A DNA stretch of 32,000 bases. It comes from Geobacter metallireducens GS-15. Its GTDB lineage: Bacteria > Desulfobacterota > Desulfuromonadia > Geobacterales > Geobacteraceae. The first letter of the stretch is position 1; each line of letters begins with the position of its first letter. This document shows positions 25,049-32,000 of the stretch, in pieces. Below the pieces are notes generated by a model, which was not told the DNA's origin, made no database searches, and saw only the letters and a program-made list of their open reading frames with translations. Where the stretch lies: contig NC_007517.1 in NCBI RefSeq assembly GCF_000012925.1, positions 3,780,001 to 3,812,000 on the forward strand. Reading direction: 5' to 3'. The position numbers and the translations under genes are program-made.

Positions 25049-26131
25049 TCAGTACACCCTCAGCTCGTTATAGAGCGTATCCCGCTCCACCGGCACCCGC
25101 CCTGCCGTGCGGATCAGCGTGACGATCTCGTCGCGCCCCATGGTCTGGGGGGTGGCGGCGCCGGCGTCGTGACCGATCTTCTCCTCCACCACGGTGCCGT
25201 CCAGGTCGTTCACCCCGAAGGAGAGGGCCACCTGGGCCGTCTTCAGCCCGAGCATCACCCAGTAGGCCTTGATGTTGGCGAAGTTGTCCAGGTAGATGCG
25301 GCCGACCGCCAAGGTTTTCAGGGCGTCGACCCCGCCGGGGCCGGGGCGCTTCAGGTGCCCCAGGGGGTTGTTCTCCATCTGGAAGGCCAGGGGGATGAAG
25401 ACCTGGAACCCTCCGGTCCGGTCCTGGAGCTCCCGCAGCCGGCGCATGTGATCGACCCGGTCGGCGTAGCTCTCGATGTGACCGAAGAGCATGGTGGCGT
25501 TGGACTTCAAGCCCGCCCGGTGGACCTCCTCCATGACCGCCAGCCACCGCTCGCCGCTGATCTTCTCGGGGCAGAGCCGGCTGCGCACGTCAGGGGCGAA
25601 GATCTCGGCCCCGCCGCCGGGCAGCGACCCGAGCCCGGCCCCCTTCAGCTCCGCCAGGGTCTCGGCCACGGAGAGGCCTGCCAGTTTCGAGAGGTACTCG
25701 ATCTCCACGGCGGTGAAGGCCTTCAGATGGAGCTCGGGGGAGACCGATTTCACGGTCCGGAGCATCTCCAGGTAGAAGTCGAAGGGGAGGTCCGGGTGGA
25801 GGCCGCCCACGATGTGGATCTCCGTGGCCCCCTGGGCGTGGGCCTCCAAGGCGCGGTTGCGGATCTCCTCCAGGTCGTAGAGGTAGGCCCCCGGCTGGTC
25901 GGCGGTGCGGTAGAAAGCGCAGAAGGAGCAGCGGTTCACACAGATGTTGGTGTGGTTGATGTGGCGGTTCACGTTGAAGAAAACCCGGTCGCCGTTGCGG
26001 CGCCGGTTCGCGGTTGCGGCCAGCTCACCCACGGCGATGAGATCCCGGCACTCGAAGAGGAAGAGGGCCTCCTCGTCGGTGATTCGCTCGCCGGCGTGAA
26101 CCTTCTCGGATATTGAAGAAAGAGATGTCAT
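25049..26131 (-). CDS. mqnE: Radical SAM enzyme, aminofutalosine synthase MqnE
   Basis: FFNVNRHINHTNICVNRCSFCAFYR is the MqnE-type context NRHIN.TNIC. It is 360 aa and a paralog of the adjacent mqnC. Confidence 0.8.
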   Translation of the reverse strand: MTSLSSISEKVHAGERITDEEALFLFECRDLIAVGELAATANRRRNGDRVFFNVNRHINHTNICVNRCSFCAFYRTADQPGAYLYDLEEIRNRALEAHAQGATEIHIVGGLHPDLPFDFYLEMLRTVKSVSPELHLKAFTAVEIEYLSKLAGLSVAETLAELKGAGLGSLPGGGAEIFAPDVRSRLCPEKISGERWLAVMEEVHRAGLKSNATMLFGHIESYADRVDHMRRLRELQDRTGGFQVFIPLAFQMENNPLGHLKRPGPGGVDALKTLAVGRIYLDNFANIKAYWVMLGLKTAQVALSFGVNDLDGTVVEEKIGHDAGAATPQTMGRDEIVTLIRTAGRVPVERDTLYNELRVY

Positions 26132-26174
26132 GGTGCCTCGCTCTATGAAAAAATCAGTTGCTGGTCACCGGTCC

Positions 26175-26795
26175 CTAATCCCCGGTCCCGGCCTTTACTC
26201 CCCAACGGGTGAAGAGCTCATGGTGAACGCCGAGGGTGTCGAGCACCTTACCCACCACGAAATCCACCAGGTCGTCCAGGGTTCTGGGCCGATGGTAGAA
26301 GGCGGGCATGGCCGGCACAACACGCACCCCGAGCCGGGCCAGCTTCAGCATATTCTCCAGGTGAATGGCTGACAGGGGAGTCTCCCGGGGGACGATCACC
26401 AGGGGACGCCCCTCCTTGACCATGACATCGGCGCACCGCTCAAGGAGCGTTGAGGAAAGGCCGGTAGCGATGCGGGCCAGGGTCCCCATGCTGCACGGGG
26501 CCACCACCATGGCGTCGGGGGCCGCCGAGCCGCTGGCCGGGGGAGCGAAGAGGTTATCGGCGCCATAAAAGGAGAGCTGTTCCGGCGAAGCGCCGAAGAG
26601 CTCCCGCAGTCGGGCCACCGCGTCCTCCTCCCCAGCCGAAAGGTCCAGATTGGTCTCCTCCCGCACCACGCCGATGCCGGCGCCGCTGGCGGTGACCACC
26701 ACCCGCTTTCCCGCCTTGAGGAGCTCCTCGCAGAGTCGCAGCCCGTAGACGGAGCCGGAGGCCCCGGTGATCCCCACGAGAACCGTACCGCTCAT
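26175..26795 (-). CDS. ubiX: Flavin prenyltransferase UbiX (MqnL-type in the futalosine context)
   Basis: VLVGITGASGSVYGLRLCEELLKAG...APCSMGTLARIATG... matches the UbiX/Pad1 flavoprotein family. Its ATG overlaps the stop of the upstream prenyltransferase gene (ATGA). Confidence 0.9.
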   Translation of the reverse strand: MSGTVLVGITGASGSVYGLRLCEELLKAGKRVVVTASGAGIGVVREETNLDLSAGEEDAVARLRELFGASPEQLSFYGADNLFAPPASGSAAPDAMVVAPCSMGTLARIATGLSSTLLERCADVMVKEGRPLVIVPRETPLSAIHLENMLKLARLGVRVVPAMPAFYHRPRTLDDLVDFVVGKVLDTLGVHHELFTRWGVKAGTGD

Positions 26796-27688
26796 GCCCC
26801 CCCCTTTCGCGCCAGGACATCCACGAAGGTGGCCACGAAGAGGGTAATGCTGATGTAGCCGTTCATGGCGAAAAAGGCGGCGTCCAGACGGGAGAGGTCC
26901 CCACCCCGGAGGAGCCAGTGCTCGTAGAGGAGCATGGTGACGCAGAGCCCGAGCCCCGCCAGGTACCAGACGCCGAGTCCGGCGCTGACGTACAGCCCCG
27001 CCAGGAGCGCCGCCATGGCCACGTGGAAGAGGCGGGCAGTCCAGAGGGACCCGTTCACCCCGAGCCGGGACGGAATCGAGTGGAGCCCTGCCCCCTTGTC
27101 GAACTCCAGGTCCTGGAGGGCGTAGAGGATGTCGAAGCCGGCCACCCAGAAGAGGACCGCAAGCCCCAGGAGCACCGCAGGGAGCTCCACCGTCCCCCGG
27201 ATGGCGATCCAGGCCCCCAGGGGGGCAGCGGCCAGACAGATGCCGAGAACCACGTGGGCCAGTGCCGTGAAGCGTTTGCAGTAGGAGTAGAGGACCAGGA
27301 AAAAGAGGGCCACTGGCGACAGGTAGAGGCAGAGGGGGTTCAGCCGGTAAGCCGCGTAGAGCATGAGGAGGATCGAAATAACGATGAAGGCGACGGCGGT
27401 TCCCTTGCCGATGAGTCCCGCCGGGATGGCGCGGCCGGCGGTGCGGGGGTTGCGGGCATCAATCTCCGCGTCGATGACCCGATTCATCCCCATTGCGGCC
27501 GTCCGGGCCCCCACCATTGCCATGAGGATCCAGAACACCTGGTACGCCGTCGGCACTCCCCGGGCGGCCAGCACCGCTCCCGTAAAGGCGAAGGGGAGGG
27601 CAAAGACCGTGTGGGAGAACTTGATCATCTCCAGAAACACCTTAATCTTCCCGAACATCCCCATGGCCATCCTTTCCTCACTTACCAT
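26792..27688 (-). CDS. UbiA-family aromatic polyprenyltransferase (MqnP-like)
   Basis: Multi-TM protein with UbiA motifs (ARTAAMGMNRVIDAEIDARNPRT and LQDLEFDKGAGLHSIP). The start is either ATG 27688, which overlaps the upstream gene by 11 nt, or ATG 27670, which is preceded by GAGGAA. Confidence 0.87.
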   Translation of the reverse strand: MVSEERMAMGMFGKIKVFLEMIKFSHTVFALPFAFTGAVLAARGVPTAYQVFWILMAMVGARTAAMGMNRVIDAEIDARNPRTAGRAIPAGLIGKGTAVAFIVISILLMLYAAYRLNPLCLYLSPVALFFLVLYSYCKRFTALAHVVLGICLAAAPLGAWIAIRGTVELPAVLLGLAVLFWVAGFDILYALQDLEFDKGAGLHSIPSRLGVNGSLWTARLFHVAMAALLAGLYVSAGLGVWYLAGLGLCVTMLLYEHWLLRGGDLSRLDAAFFAMNGYISITLFVATFVDVLARKGGA

Positions 27689-28208
27689 TTGCTCCCCCTT
27701 CCCCGAGGGTACTCTCCAGATATCTCCTCATGCGGCCCATCTCGACGTTTACCGTGGAAAGGTCGAACATGCTGGGGTAGTGGTCGTAGGGATAGCGTTT
27801 CATGAAGGAGAGCACCTTCCCCCCCTCCTCATAGACATAGCGGGAGCGGATCTCAAGGTCCCTCGATTCCAGCTCCACCGCGGCGCCCTCCTCGCCACCG
27901 TCCACGGCGACCCGGAGCCGGTGGTAGTAAAGGCGCCCTCCCTCCGGAAGGGTCACACCACCGGCACGGGTCGAAATGTGGCGCAATTCCGTCAGGAGGA
28001 GATGATTCTTCGGATCCTCCTCGGCAATCACGTAGCCGTCCTTCATAAGGAGGTTCTTCACCAGGGCAAAGACCTCGTCCGCCGGCCGTACCGTCACAAT
28101 CCGCGACTTCTGCAGAGGCTCGGCCGCCAGTCTGAAGTAGTAACACCCGGGCGTCACCAGAAAGCAGAGCAGCAGGATCCATCCCCACAACCAACGTCTC
28201 GCCGTCAA
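27678..28208 (-). CDS. Small membrane-anchored or lipoprotein-like protein of unknown function; first gene of the late-menaquinone operon
   Basis: TTG 28208 has SD GGAGGGAG 8 nt upstream and gives M-TARRWLWGWILLLCFLVTPGC..., a signal or anchor with a Cys. The ORF-track start at 28310 is a TTG that coincides with a candidate -35 box. No domain was recognised. Confidence 0.55.
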   Translation of the reverse strand: MTARRWLWGWILLLCFLVTPGCYYFRLAAEPLQKSRIVTVRPADEVFALVKNLLMKDGYVIAEEDPKNHLLLTELRHISTRAGGVTLPEGGRLYYHRLRVAVDGGEEGAAVELESRDLEIRSRYVYEEGGKVLSFMKRYPYDHYPSMFDLSTVNVEMGRMRRYLESTLGEGGANGK

Positions 28209-28280
28209 AACCCGTACTCCCTCCACCGTTCTTCGATCATTCGCCCGGCAGCCTCCCGAACCGTTCGACAAAACCTTAGT

Positions 28281-28310
28281 TTTGTAGCATTTCCGGTCGG
28301 ATGGTGACAA
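28281..28310 (-). promoter_or_regulatory. Candidate sigma70 promoter of the minus-strand operon (unknown gene, ubiA-like, ubiX, mqnE, mqnC, rnd)
   Basis: The minus strand reads TTGTCA-N18-TACAAA with TGc before the -10 box. Confidence 0.3.
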
Positions 28311-28345
28311 TCATTTTCTCCGGAGCCGTTTCACGAAGAAGTTTT

Positions 28346-28374
28346 TTGGCAACAAAGTAAGGAACCTTCATAAT
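28346..28374 (+). promoter_or_regulatory. Candidate sigma70 promoter for gabD
   Basis: TTGGCA-N17-CATAAT, about 74 nt upstream of ATG 28448. Confidence 0.45.
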
Positions 28375-28385
28375 GGAACTTCCAT
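28373..28385. promoter_or_regulatory. Perfect 13-bp palindrome ATGGAAcTTCCAT overlapping the gabD -10 box and predicted transcription start (operator-like)
   Basis: 6-bp arms with a 1-bp centre. A half-site-like copy GGAACCTTCAT lies immediately upstream (28361-28371). Confidence 0.3.
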
Positions 28386-28447
28386 TGTGCGATTTTCCGT
28401 TTACACTACAACTGGATTTGCAAAAAACGACGAAGGAGAGCAGCGAA

Positions 28448-29902
28448 ATGATGATCCTCAAGAATAGTTCCCTCCTGAAGCAACAATGCTATCTTGATGG
28501 GCACTGGTGCTGCGCCGATGGCGGCGCAACCATTGATGTAACCAATCCGGCCACCGGCGAGATACTGGGCGTTGTCCCCAAAATGGGTACCCAGGAAACA
28601 CGGCGCGCCATAGAGGCCGCCAACGGGGCGCTGGACGGCTGGAAAGCGAGGACCGCGAAGGAGCGGAGCGCGATCCTCCGCCGGTGGTTCGAGCTGATCA
28701 TGGAGAACCTGGAGGATCTGGCCGTCATCATGACCGCCGAACAGGGGAAGCCCCTGGCGGAATCCAGGGGTGAGATCGCCTATGCCGCCTCGTTCATCGA
28801 GTGGTTTGCCGAGGAAGGAAAACGGATCTACGGCGACACCATCCCCTCCTATGCCCGGGACAAGCGGATCGTGGTAATCAAGGAGCCCATCGGCGTCTGC
28901 GCCGCCATAACCCCCTGGAATTTCCCCGCTGCCATGATCACCCGCAAGGCCGGCCCGGCCCTGGCCGCCGGCTGCACCATGGTGGTCAAACCCGCCACCG
29001 CCACCCCGTTTTCGGCCCTGGCCCTGGCCCTCATCGGCGAGCAGGCCGGCATTCCGGCGGGGGTCTTCAGCGTCATCACCGGCTCGTCCAAGGAGATCGG
29101 CGACGAGATGACCGGCAACCCCATTGTCCGCAAGCTGACTTTCACCGGCTCCACCGAGGTCGGCAAACAGCTGACGGCCCAGTGCGCCGGCACCATGAAA
29201 AAGGTCTCCATGGAGCTGGGGGGGAATGCCCCCTTCATCGTCTTTGACGACGCCGATCTCGATGCCGCCGTGGAGGGGGCCATCGCCTCCAAATACCGCA
29301 ATACCGGCCAGACCTGTGTCTGCACGAACCGCATCCTCGTCCAGGAATCGGTCTACGAAGCCTTTTCCGCGAAGCTGGTCGCCGCCGTCTCAAAAATGAC
29401 CGTGGGCGACGGCCTCAAGGGAGAGGTGCAGCAGGGGCCCCTCATCGACATGACTGCCCTGGAGAAGGTGGAGGAGCACATTGCCGACGCCGTTGCCAAG
29501 GGGGCCCGCGTCGTCCTCGGGGGGAAGCGCCATGCCCTGGGGGGGACCTTCTTCGAGCCCACCATCATCACCGATGTGACCCCCGGGATGCTGGTCGCCC
29601 GGGAAGAGACCTTCGGCCCCCTGGCCCCCCTGTTCAAATTCAGCACCGACGAGGAAGCGATCCGGATGGCCAACGATACCGAATTCGGCCTGGCATCCTA
29701 TTTCTACAGCCGGGACATCCGGCGGGTATGGAAAGTGTCCGAAGCCCTGGAATATGGCATGGTCGGCATCAATACCGGCCTGATCTCCTCCGAAGTGGCG
29801 CCCTTTGGTGGCGTGAAGGAGTCGGGGGTGGGCCGGGAGGGGTCAAAGTACGGCATCGAGGAGTTTGTGGAGGTGAAATACCTCTGCATGGGGGGAATCT
29901 GA
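28448..29902 (+). CDS. gabD: NAD(P)+-dependent succinate-semialdehyde dehydrogenase GabD
   Basis: Near-collinear similarity to enterobacterial GabD as I recall it: IDVTNPATGE..GVVPKMG, YAASFIEWFAEEGKRIYGDTIP, ITPWNFPAAMITRKAGPALAAGCTMV, catalytic ELGGNAPFIVFDDADLD and GQTCVCTNR. ATG 28448 has SD AAGGAG 9 nt upstream. Confidence 0.94.
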   Translation: MMILKNSSLLKQQCYLDGHWCCADGGATIDVTNPATGEILGVVPKMGTQETRRAIEAANGALDGWKARTAKERSAILRRWFELIMENLEDLAVIMTAEQGKPLAESRGEIAYAASFIEWFAEEGKRIYGDTIPSYARDKRIVVIKEPIGVCAAITPWNFPAAMITRKAGPALAAGCTMVVKPATATPFSALALALIGEQAGIPAGVFSVITGSSKEIGDEMTGNPIVRKLTFTGSTEVGKQLTAQCAGTMKKVSMELGGNAPFIVFDDADLDAAVEGAIASKYRNTGQTCVCTNRILVQESVYEAFSAKLVAAVSKMTVGDGLKGEVQQGPLIDMTALEKVEEHIADAVAKGARVVLGGKRHALGGTFFEPTIITDVTPGMLVAREETFGPLAPLFKFSTDEEAIRMANDTEFGLASYFYSRDIRRVWKVSEALEYGMVGINTGLISSEVAPFGGVKESGVGREGSKYGIEEFVEVKYLCMGGI

Positions 29903-29942
29903 TTTCTTCAAGGGAGTGCGGAGTTTTCACCTTCGCTGAGCA

Positions 29943-29950
29943 AAAAGAAA
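29943..29950. repeat. Left copy of the 8-bp target-site duplication AAAAGAAA
   Basis: It directly abuts the left IS inverted repeat, and an identical octamer lies at 31278-31285. Confidence 0.85.
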
Positions 29951-31277
29951 GGTTCTTCAGGGAATTCCGGGGAAGATTAATAAACAACAACGGCAGCACT
30001 GCGGTATCTTGATGGTTCCCCAACCAAAAAAGATCGCAGGAGGCTGCCGTTGTCGTATTCCGATGTTATCGCAATTGCGGGAGGGTGGGAAGGATATCGT
30101 GTTGCTGGGACACGCACTATCGTCACAGGTGATGCCAAACGGATCGAGGTAGAACTGATTGCCCTGTCCCAGGATGAGATGGTGTGTGGCTCGTGCGGCG
30201 GGCGTTGCACAAGCGTCCATGAAACGACCAAGCGCGTAATTCGAGATTTGCCGATTCTCGATGCTCAGACTTATCTGATCGTTCACCGCCGCAGGCTGCT
30301 GTGCCCTCAGTGTGGGCCAACGCTGGAGCGTCTGTCATGGCTGGCGAAATACGCCCGCGTGACGCGCAGGCTTGCAGAGAGCGTAGCGCGACTGTGTGGT
30401 GTCGTGTCTGTGAAGCACGTGGCGCAGTATCTGGGGCTTTCTTGGGACCAGGTGAAGGAAATCGACAAGCGCTCACTCACAGAGCGGGTCGGCACCGTCG
30501 ACCTCTCAAACATCGAAGTTCTCGGGATGGATGAGTTCGCCCTTCACAAGGGGCACCGCTATGCGACGGTTATCATCGAGCCATACCGTAAGGAAGTCTT
30601 ATGGATCGGCAAAGGCAGGAGTCGCGAGAGTATCCGTCCTTTCTTCACGCAGCTTGGCCCACATGGCTGTAAACGGCTCAAAGCGGTCGTGATGGATATG
30701 AACGCATCATATGAGGAGGAAATCAAGCAGCACTCGCCCCAGGCAGACATAGTCTACGACCTGTTCCATGTGGTGGCGAAGTATGGCAGGGAAGTGATCG
30801 ACAGGGTGCGAGTCGATGAGGCAAACCGCCTGAAGGAAGACAAGAAGGCACGGAAGGTAGTCAAAACATCGCGGTGGTTGCTGCTACGAAACAGCGAGAA
30901 CGTCAAGGGCGACGACATGCTTCGCCTCCAGGAACTGTTGGAGGCAAACCGCAGCCTCCTTACGGTCTACCTGCTCAAAGACGATCTGAAGCAACTGTGG
31001 AAGTTTACCTGCATTGAAGAGGCGGGACTATTCTGGGAGCAGTGGCACCAAAGGGCGATGGAGAGTGGAATACCGCCACTCATCCTGTTTGCCCGCCGGC
31101 TAAAGGGCTATCTCCAAGGAATCCTCAACCACTGCCTCTGGCCCCTTCACACCGGAATCCTCGAAGGCATCAATAACAAGATCAAGGTGATCAAAAGAAT
31201 GGCCTACGGCTTCCGGGATCACGAATACTTCTTTCTCAAGATCAGAGCCGCTTTCCCCGGAATTCCCGGATGAACCA
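29951..31277 (+). mobile_element. Intact ISL3-family insertion sequence (1327 bp)
   Basis: 24-bp terminal IRs: GGTTCTTCAGGGAATTCCGGGGAA (29951-29974) versus the reverse complement of 31254-31277, GGTTCATCCGGGAATTCCGGGGAA (22/24). It has a single transposase ORF whose stop lies inside IRR, is flanked by a perfect 8-bp duplication, and appears lower in GC than its surroundings by eye. Confidence 0.88.
30050..31273 (+). CDS. ISL3-family transposase
   Basis: 407 aa. It has an N-terminal zinc-finger (CGSCGGRC...CPQCG), an HTH region and a DDE domain ([45 protein letters not shown]). TTG start has SD AGGAGG 6 nt upstream. Confidence 0.92.
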   Translation: MSYSDVIAIAGGWEGYRVAGTRTIVTGDAKRIEVELIALSQDEMVCGSCGGRCTSVHETTKRVIRDLPILDAQTYLIVHRRRLLCPQCGPTLERLSWLAKYARVTRRLAESVARLCGVVSVKHVAQYLGLSWDQVKEIDKRSLTERVGTVDLSNIEVLGMDEFALHKGHRYATVIIEPYRKEVLWIGKGRSRESIRPFFTQLGPHGCKRLKAVVMDMNASYEEEIKQHSPQADIVYDLFHVVAKYGREVIDRVRVDEANRLKEDKKARKVVKTSRWLLLRNSENVKGDDMLRLQELLEANRSLLTVYLLKDDLKQLWKFTCIEEAGLFWEQWHQRAMESGIPPLILFARRLKGYLQGILNHCLWPLHTGILEGINNKIKVIKRMAYGFRDHEYFFLKIRAAFPGIPG

Positions 31278-31285
31278 AAAGAAAG
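31278..31285. repeat. Right copy of the 8-bp target-site duplication AAAAGAAA
   Basis: It directly abuts the right IS inverted repeat and is identical to 29943-29950. Confidence 0.85.
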
Positions 31286-31322
31286 GGGTTGCGGCATCTG
31301 CCGTAACCCCTTGATCTTTTTA
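31286..31322. terminator. Bidirectional rho-independent terminator (tRNA-Pro on the minus strand; formerly also gabD on the plus strand)
   Basis: GGGGTTGCGGCA-tc-TGCCGTAACCCC (12-bp stem, one G-U). It is followed by TTGATCTTTTT on the plus strand and by TTTCTTTT (the target duplication) on the minus strand. Confidence 0.75.
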
Positions 31323-31399
31323 TGGTCGGGGCGAGAAGATTCGAACTTCCGACCCCCTGCTCCCGAAGCAGGTGCGCTACCAGGCTGCGCTACGCCCCG
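31323..31399 (-). tRNA. tRNA-Pro (anticodon CGG), 77 nt with encoded CCA
   Basis: The reverse complement CGGGGCGTAGCGCAGCCTGGTAGCGCACCTGCTTCGGGAGCAGGGGGTCGGAAGTTCGAATCTTCTCGCCCCGACCA folds as a cloverleaf. It has a 7-bp acceptor stem, D stem GCGC/GCGC, anticodon stem CCTGC/GCAGG with loop UUCGGGA, T stem GGAAG/CUUCU with loop TTCGAAT, and discriminator A plus CCA. Confidence 0.94.
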
Positions 31400-31414
31400 A
31401 CAAAGAAGGAACTT

Positions 31415-31444
31415 TCTATATCACGCGATGTGGCGTTGTGGCAA
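31415..31444 (-). promoter_or_regulatory. Candidate promoter for tRNA-Pro
   Basis: The minus strand reads TTGCCA-N18-TATAGA with TGa before the -10 box, ending about 15 nt upstream of the mature tRNA 5' end. Confidence 0.3.
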
Positions 31445-31546
31445 GGTTTTTTTCTGTTTTGTCATGTTTCTCTCACCTTTTCCGCCCCCTCGACATCCAC
31501 CTCAAAATACGCTAATGTCCTTTGCCGACTCTGTTTTTGCCATGCA

Positions 31547-31837
31547 ATGACCACCACGGCGAAGAGACACCCCCTCACCCGGCCTTCGGCCACCCTCTCC
31601 CTGAGGGAGAGGGCCGTGGCGAGGGGAGCAGGGGAGAAAACGCCCTGGCTCAAAACCCTCCCCGAGCAGGTCCAGGCGGTCCGGGCCGCTTTGGCCGCGG
31701 CCGGTGGCCCCGCCACCGCCGACACCATCGCCCGCACCCTCCAACGGGCCCGCACCGACAAGGTGGCGGAGTTGCTGGCAACCCTCGCCGCCATCGGCCA
31801 GGCCAGGGAGGTGGAGCCGGGCACCTACAGCGCCTGA
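31547..31837 (+). CDS. Orphan 96-codon ORF; possible remnant of the C-terminal tail of a large DNA methyltransferase/restriction protein
   Basis: ATG 31547 has no SD. Codons ~8-27 are encoded by a nested palindrome. The C-terminal part [56 protein letters not shown] resembles, from memory, tails of N6-adenine methyltransferase/type IIG proteins. Coding status is uncertain. Confidence 0.4.
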   Translation: MTTTAKRHPLTRPSATLSLRERAVARGAGEKTPWLKTLPEQVQAVRAALAAAGGPATADTIARTLQRARTDKVAELLATLAAIGQAREVEPGTYSA

Positions 31838-31887
31838 CGAAGCACGCCCCATCCTGAAAAGACGCACGAACGAGGAGGACTCTTGCC

Positions 31888-32000
31888 ATGCCATTCCTGG
31901 ACCTGGGCCGGAACAAACAGATCTACTACGAACTCATCGACGGGGAACCGGACCGCCCCCACCTGGTCTTCATCCATGAGGGGCTGGGGTGCGCGGCCAT
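31888..32000 (+). CDS. Alpha/beta-fold hydrolase (3' partial, runs off the window)
   Basis: ATG 31888 has SD GGAGG 9 nt upstream. MPFLDLGRNKQIYYELIDGEPDRPHLVFIHEGLGCAA is a typical N-terminal strand plus HEGLG oxyanion region of alpha/beta hydrolases. Only 37 codons are visible. Confidence 0.55.
   Translation, partial: MPFLDLGRNKQIYYELIDGEPDRPHLVFIHEGLGCAA

Noticed and set aside
23985-26131. DNA-level similarity between two adjacent 1-kb segments, considered as a possible repeat or duplication of mobile origin.
   Set aside because: They are the paralogous radical-SAM genes mqnC and mqnE. The similarity is confined to conserved protein motifs.
23964-27805. Plus-strand ORFs 23964-24989, 25169-26116 and 26918-27805 opposite mqnC, mqnE and ubiA-like.
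   Set aside because: Same reasoning: the minus-strand products carry radical-SAM and UbiA signatures, while the plus-strand translations are Gly/Pro/Arg/His-rich with no recognisable motifs.
28374-28390. Sigma-54-like TGGAAC-N5-TTGTGC upstream of gabD.
   Set aside because: The GG and GC dinucleotides are not at the required spacing (GG-N10-GC), and the -12 element is TTGTGC rather than TTGC(A/T). A sigma70 reading fits better.
31322-31546. 5' part of the 171-aa ORF 31322-31837.
   Set aside because: It runs antisense through the tRNA-Pro gene and its promoter region. Only the segment from ATG 31547 is even a candidate.
29903-32000. tRNA-Pro-targeted genomic island with integrase and att repeats.
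   Set aside because: No integrase gene and no partial duplicate of the tRNA 3' end is visible in the window. The IS has its own IRs and target duplication and is unrelated to tRNA-site integration.

Overview
The window is a high-GC (about 60%) chromosomal segment. Its gene content resembles a Geobacter-type deltaproteobacterium, but that is inference only and nothing could be searched.

Layout:
1. 2-10166 (+): a tightly translationally coupled type II secretion operon, gspD-E-F-G-H-I-J-K-L-M-N. The gspD start lies just off-window.
2. 10.2-14.0 kb: a small, apparently lower-GC (judged by eye) mixed block. It holds a DUF309 protein, a secreted internally duplicated His-containing helical protein, an ADP-ribosylglycohydrolase-family protein, a LolB-like lipoprotein and an RlpA-like DPBB protein.
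3. 14.1-19.9 kb (-): a co-directional string of M20 amidohydrolase, PpsR-like kinase/phosphorylase, OmpR-type response regulator, HAMP histidine kinase, mqnB and mqnD.
4. 20.0-22.6 kb (+): prmA, rsmE and a zinc-ribbon protein with a long acidic disordered tail.
5. 22.8-28.2 kb (-): an operon of a small membrane-anchored unknown protein, a UbiA-like prenyltransferase, UbiX, mqnE, mqnC and rnd.
6. 28.4-32.0 kb: gabD, an intact ISL3-family IS with a perfect 8-bp target duplication, tRNA-Pro(CGG), an orphan 96-codon ORF built partly on a nested palindrome, and the start of an alpha/beta hydrolase. The IS sits in the bidirectional terminator shared by gabD and the tRNA.

I found no CRISPR array, rRNA, integrase, or recognisable defence or toxin module. 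I do not see a convincing novel multi-gene system.

The most follow-up-worthy items are:
- the 148-bp fully palindromic intergenic element at 22649-22796;
- the zinc-ribbon protein with repeated acidic-aromatic motifs;
- the uncharacterised protein that leads, and overlaps, the late menaquinone operon;
- the secreted His-repeat protein, hairpin, DUF309 and atypical ADP-ribosylglycohydrolase block;
- the IS/terminator/tRNA junction.
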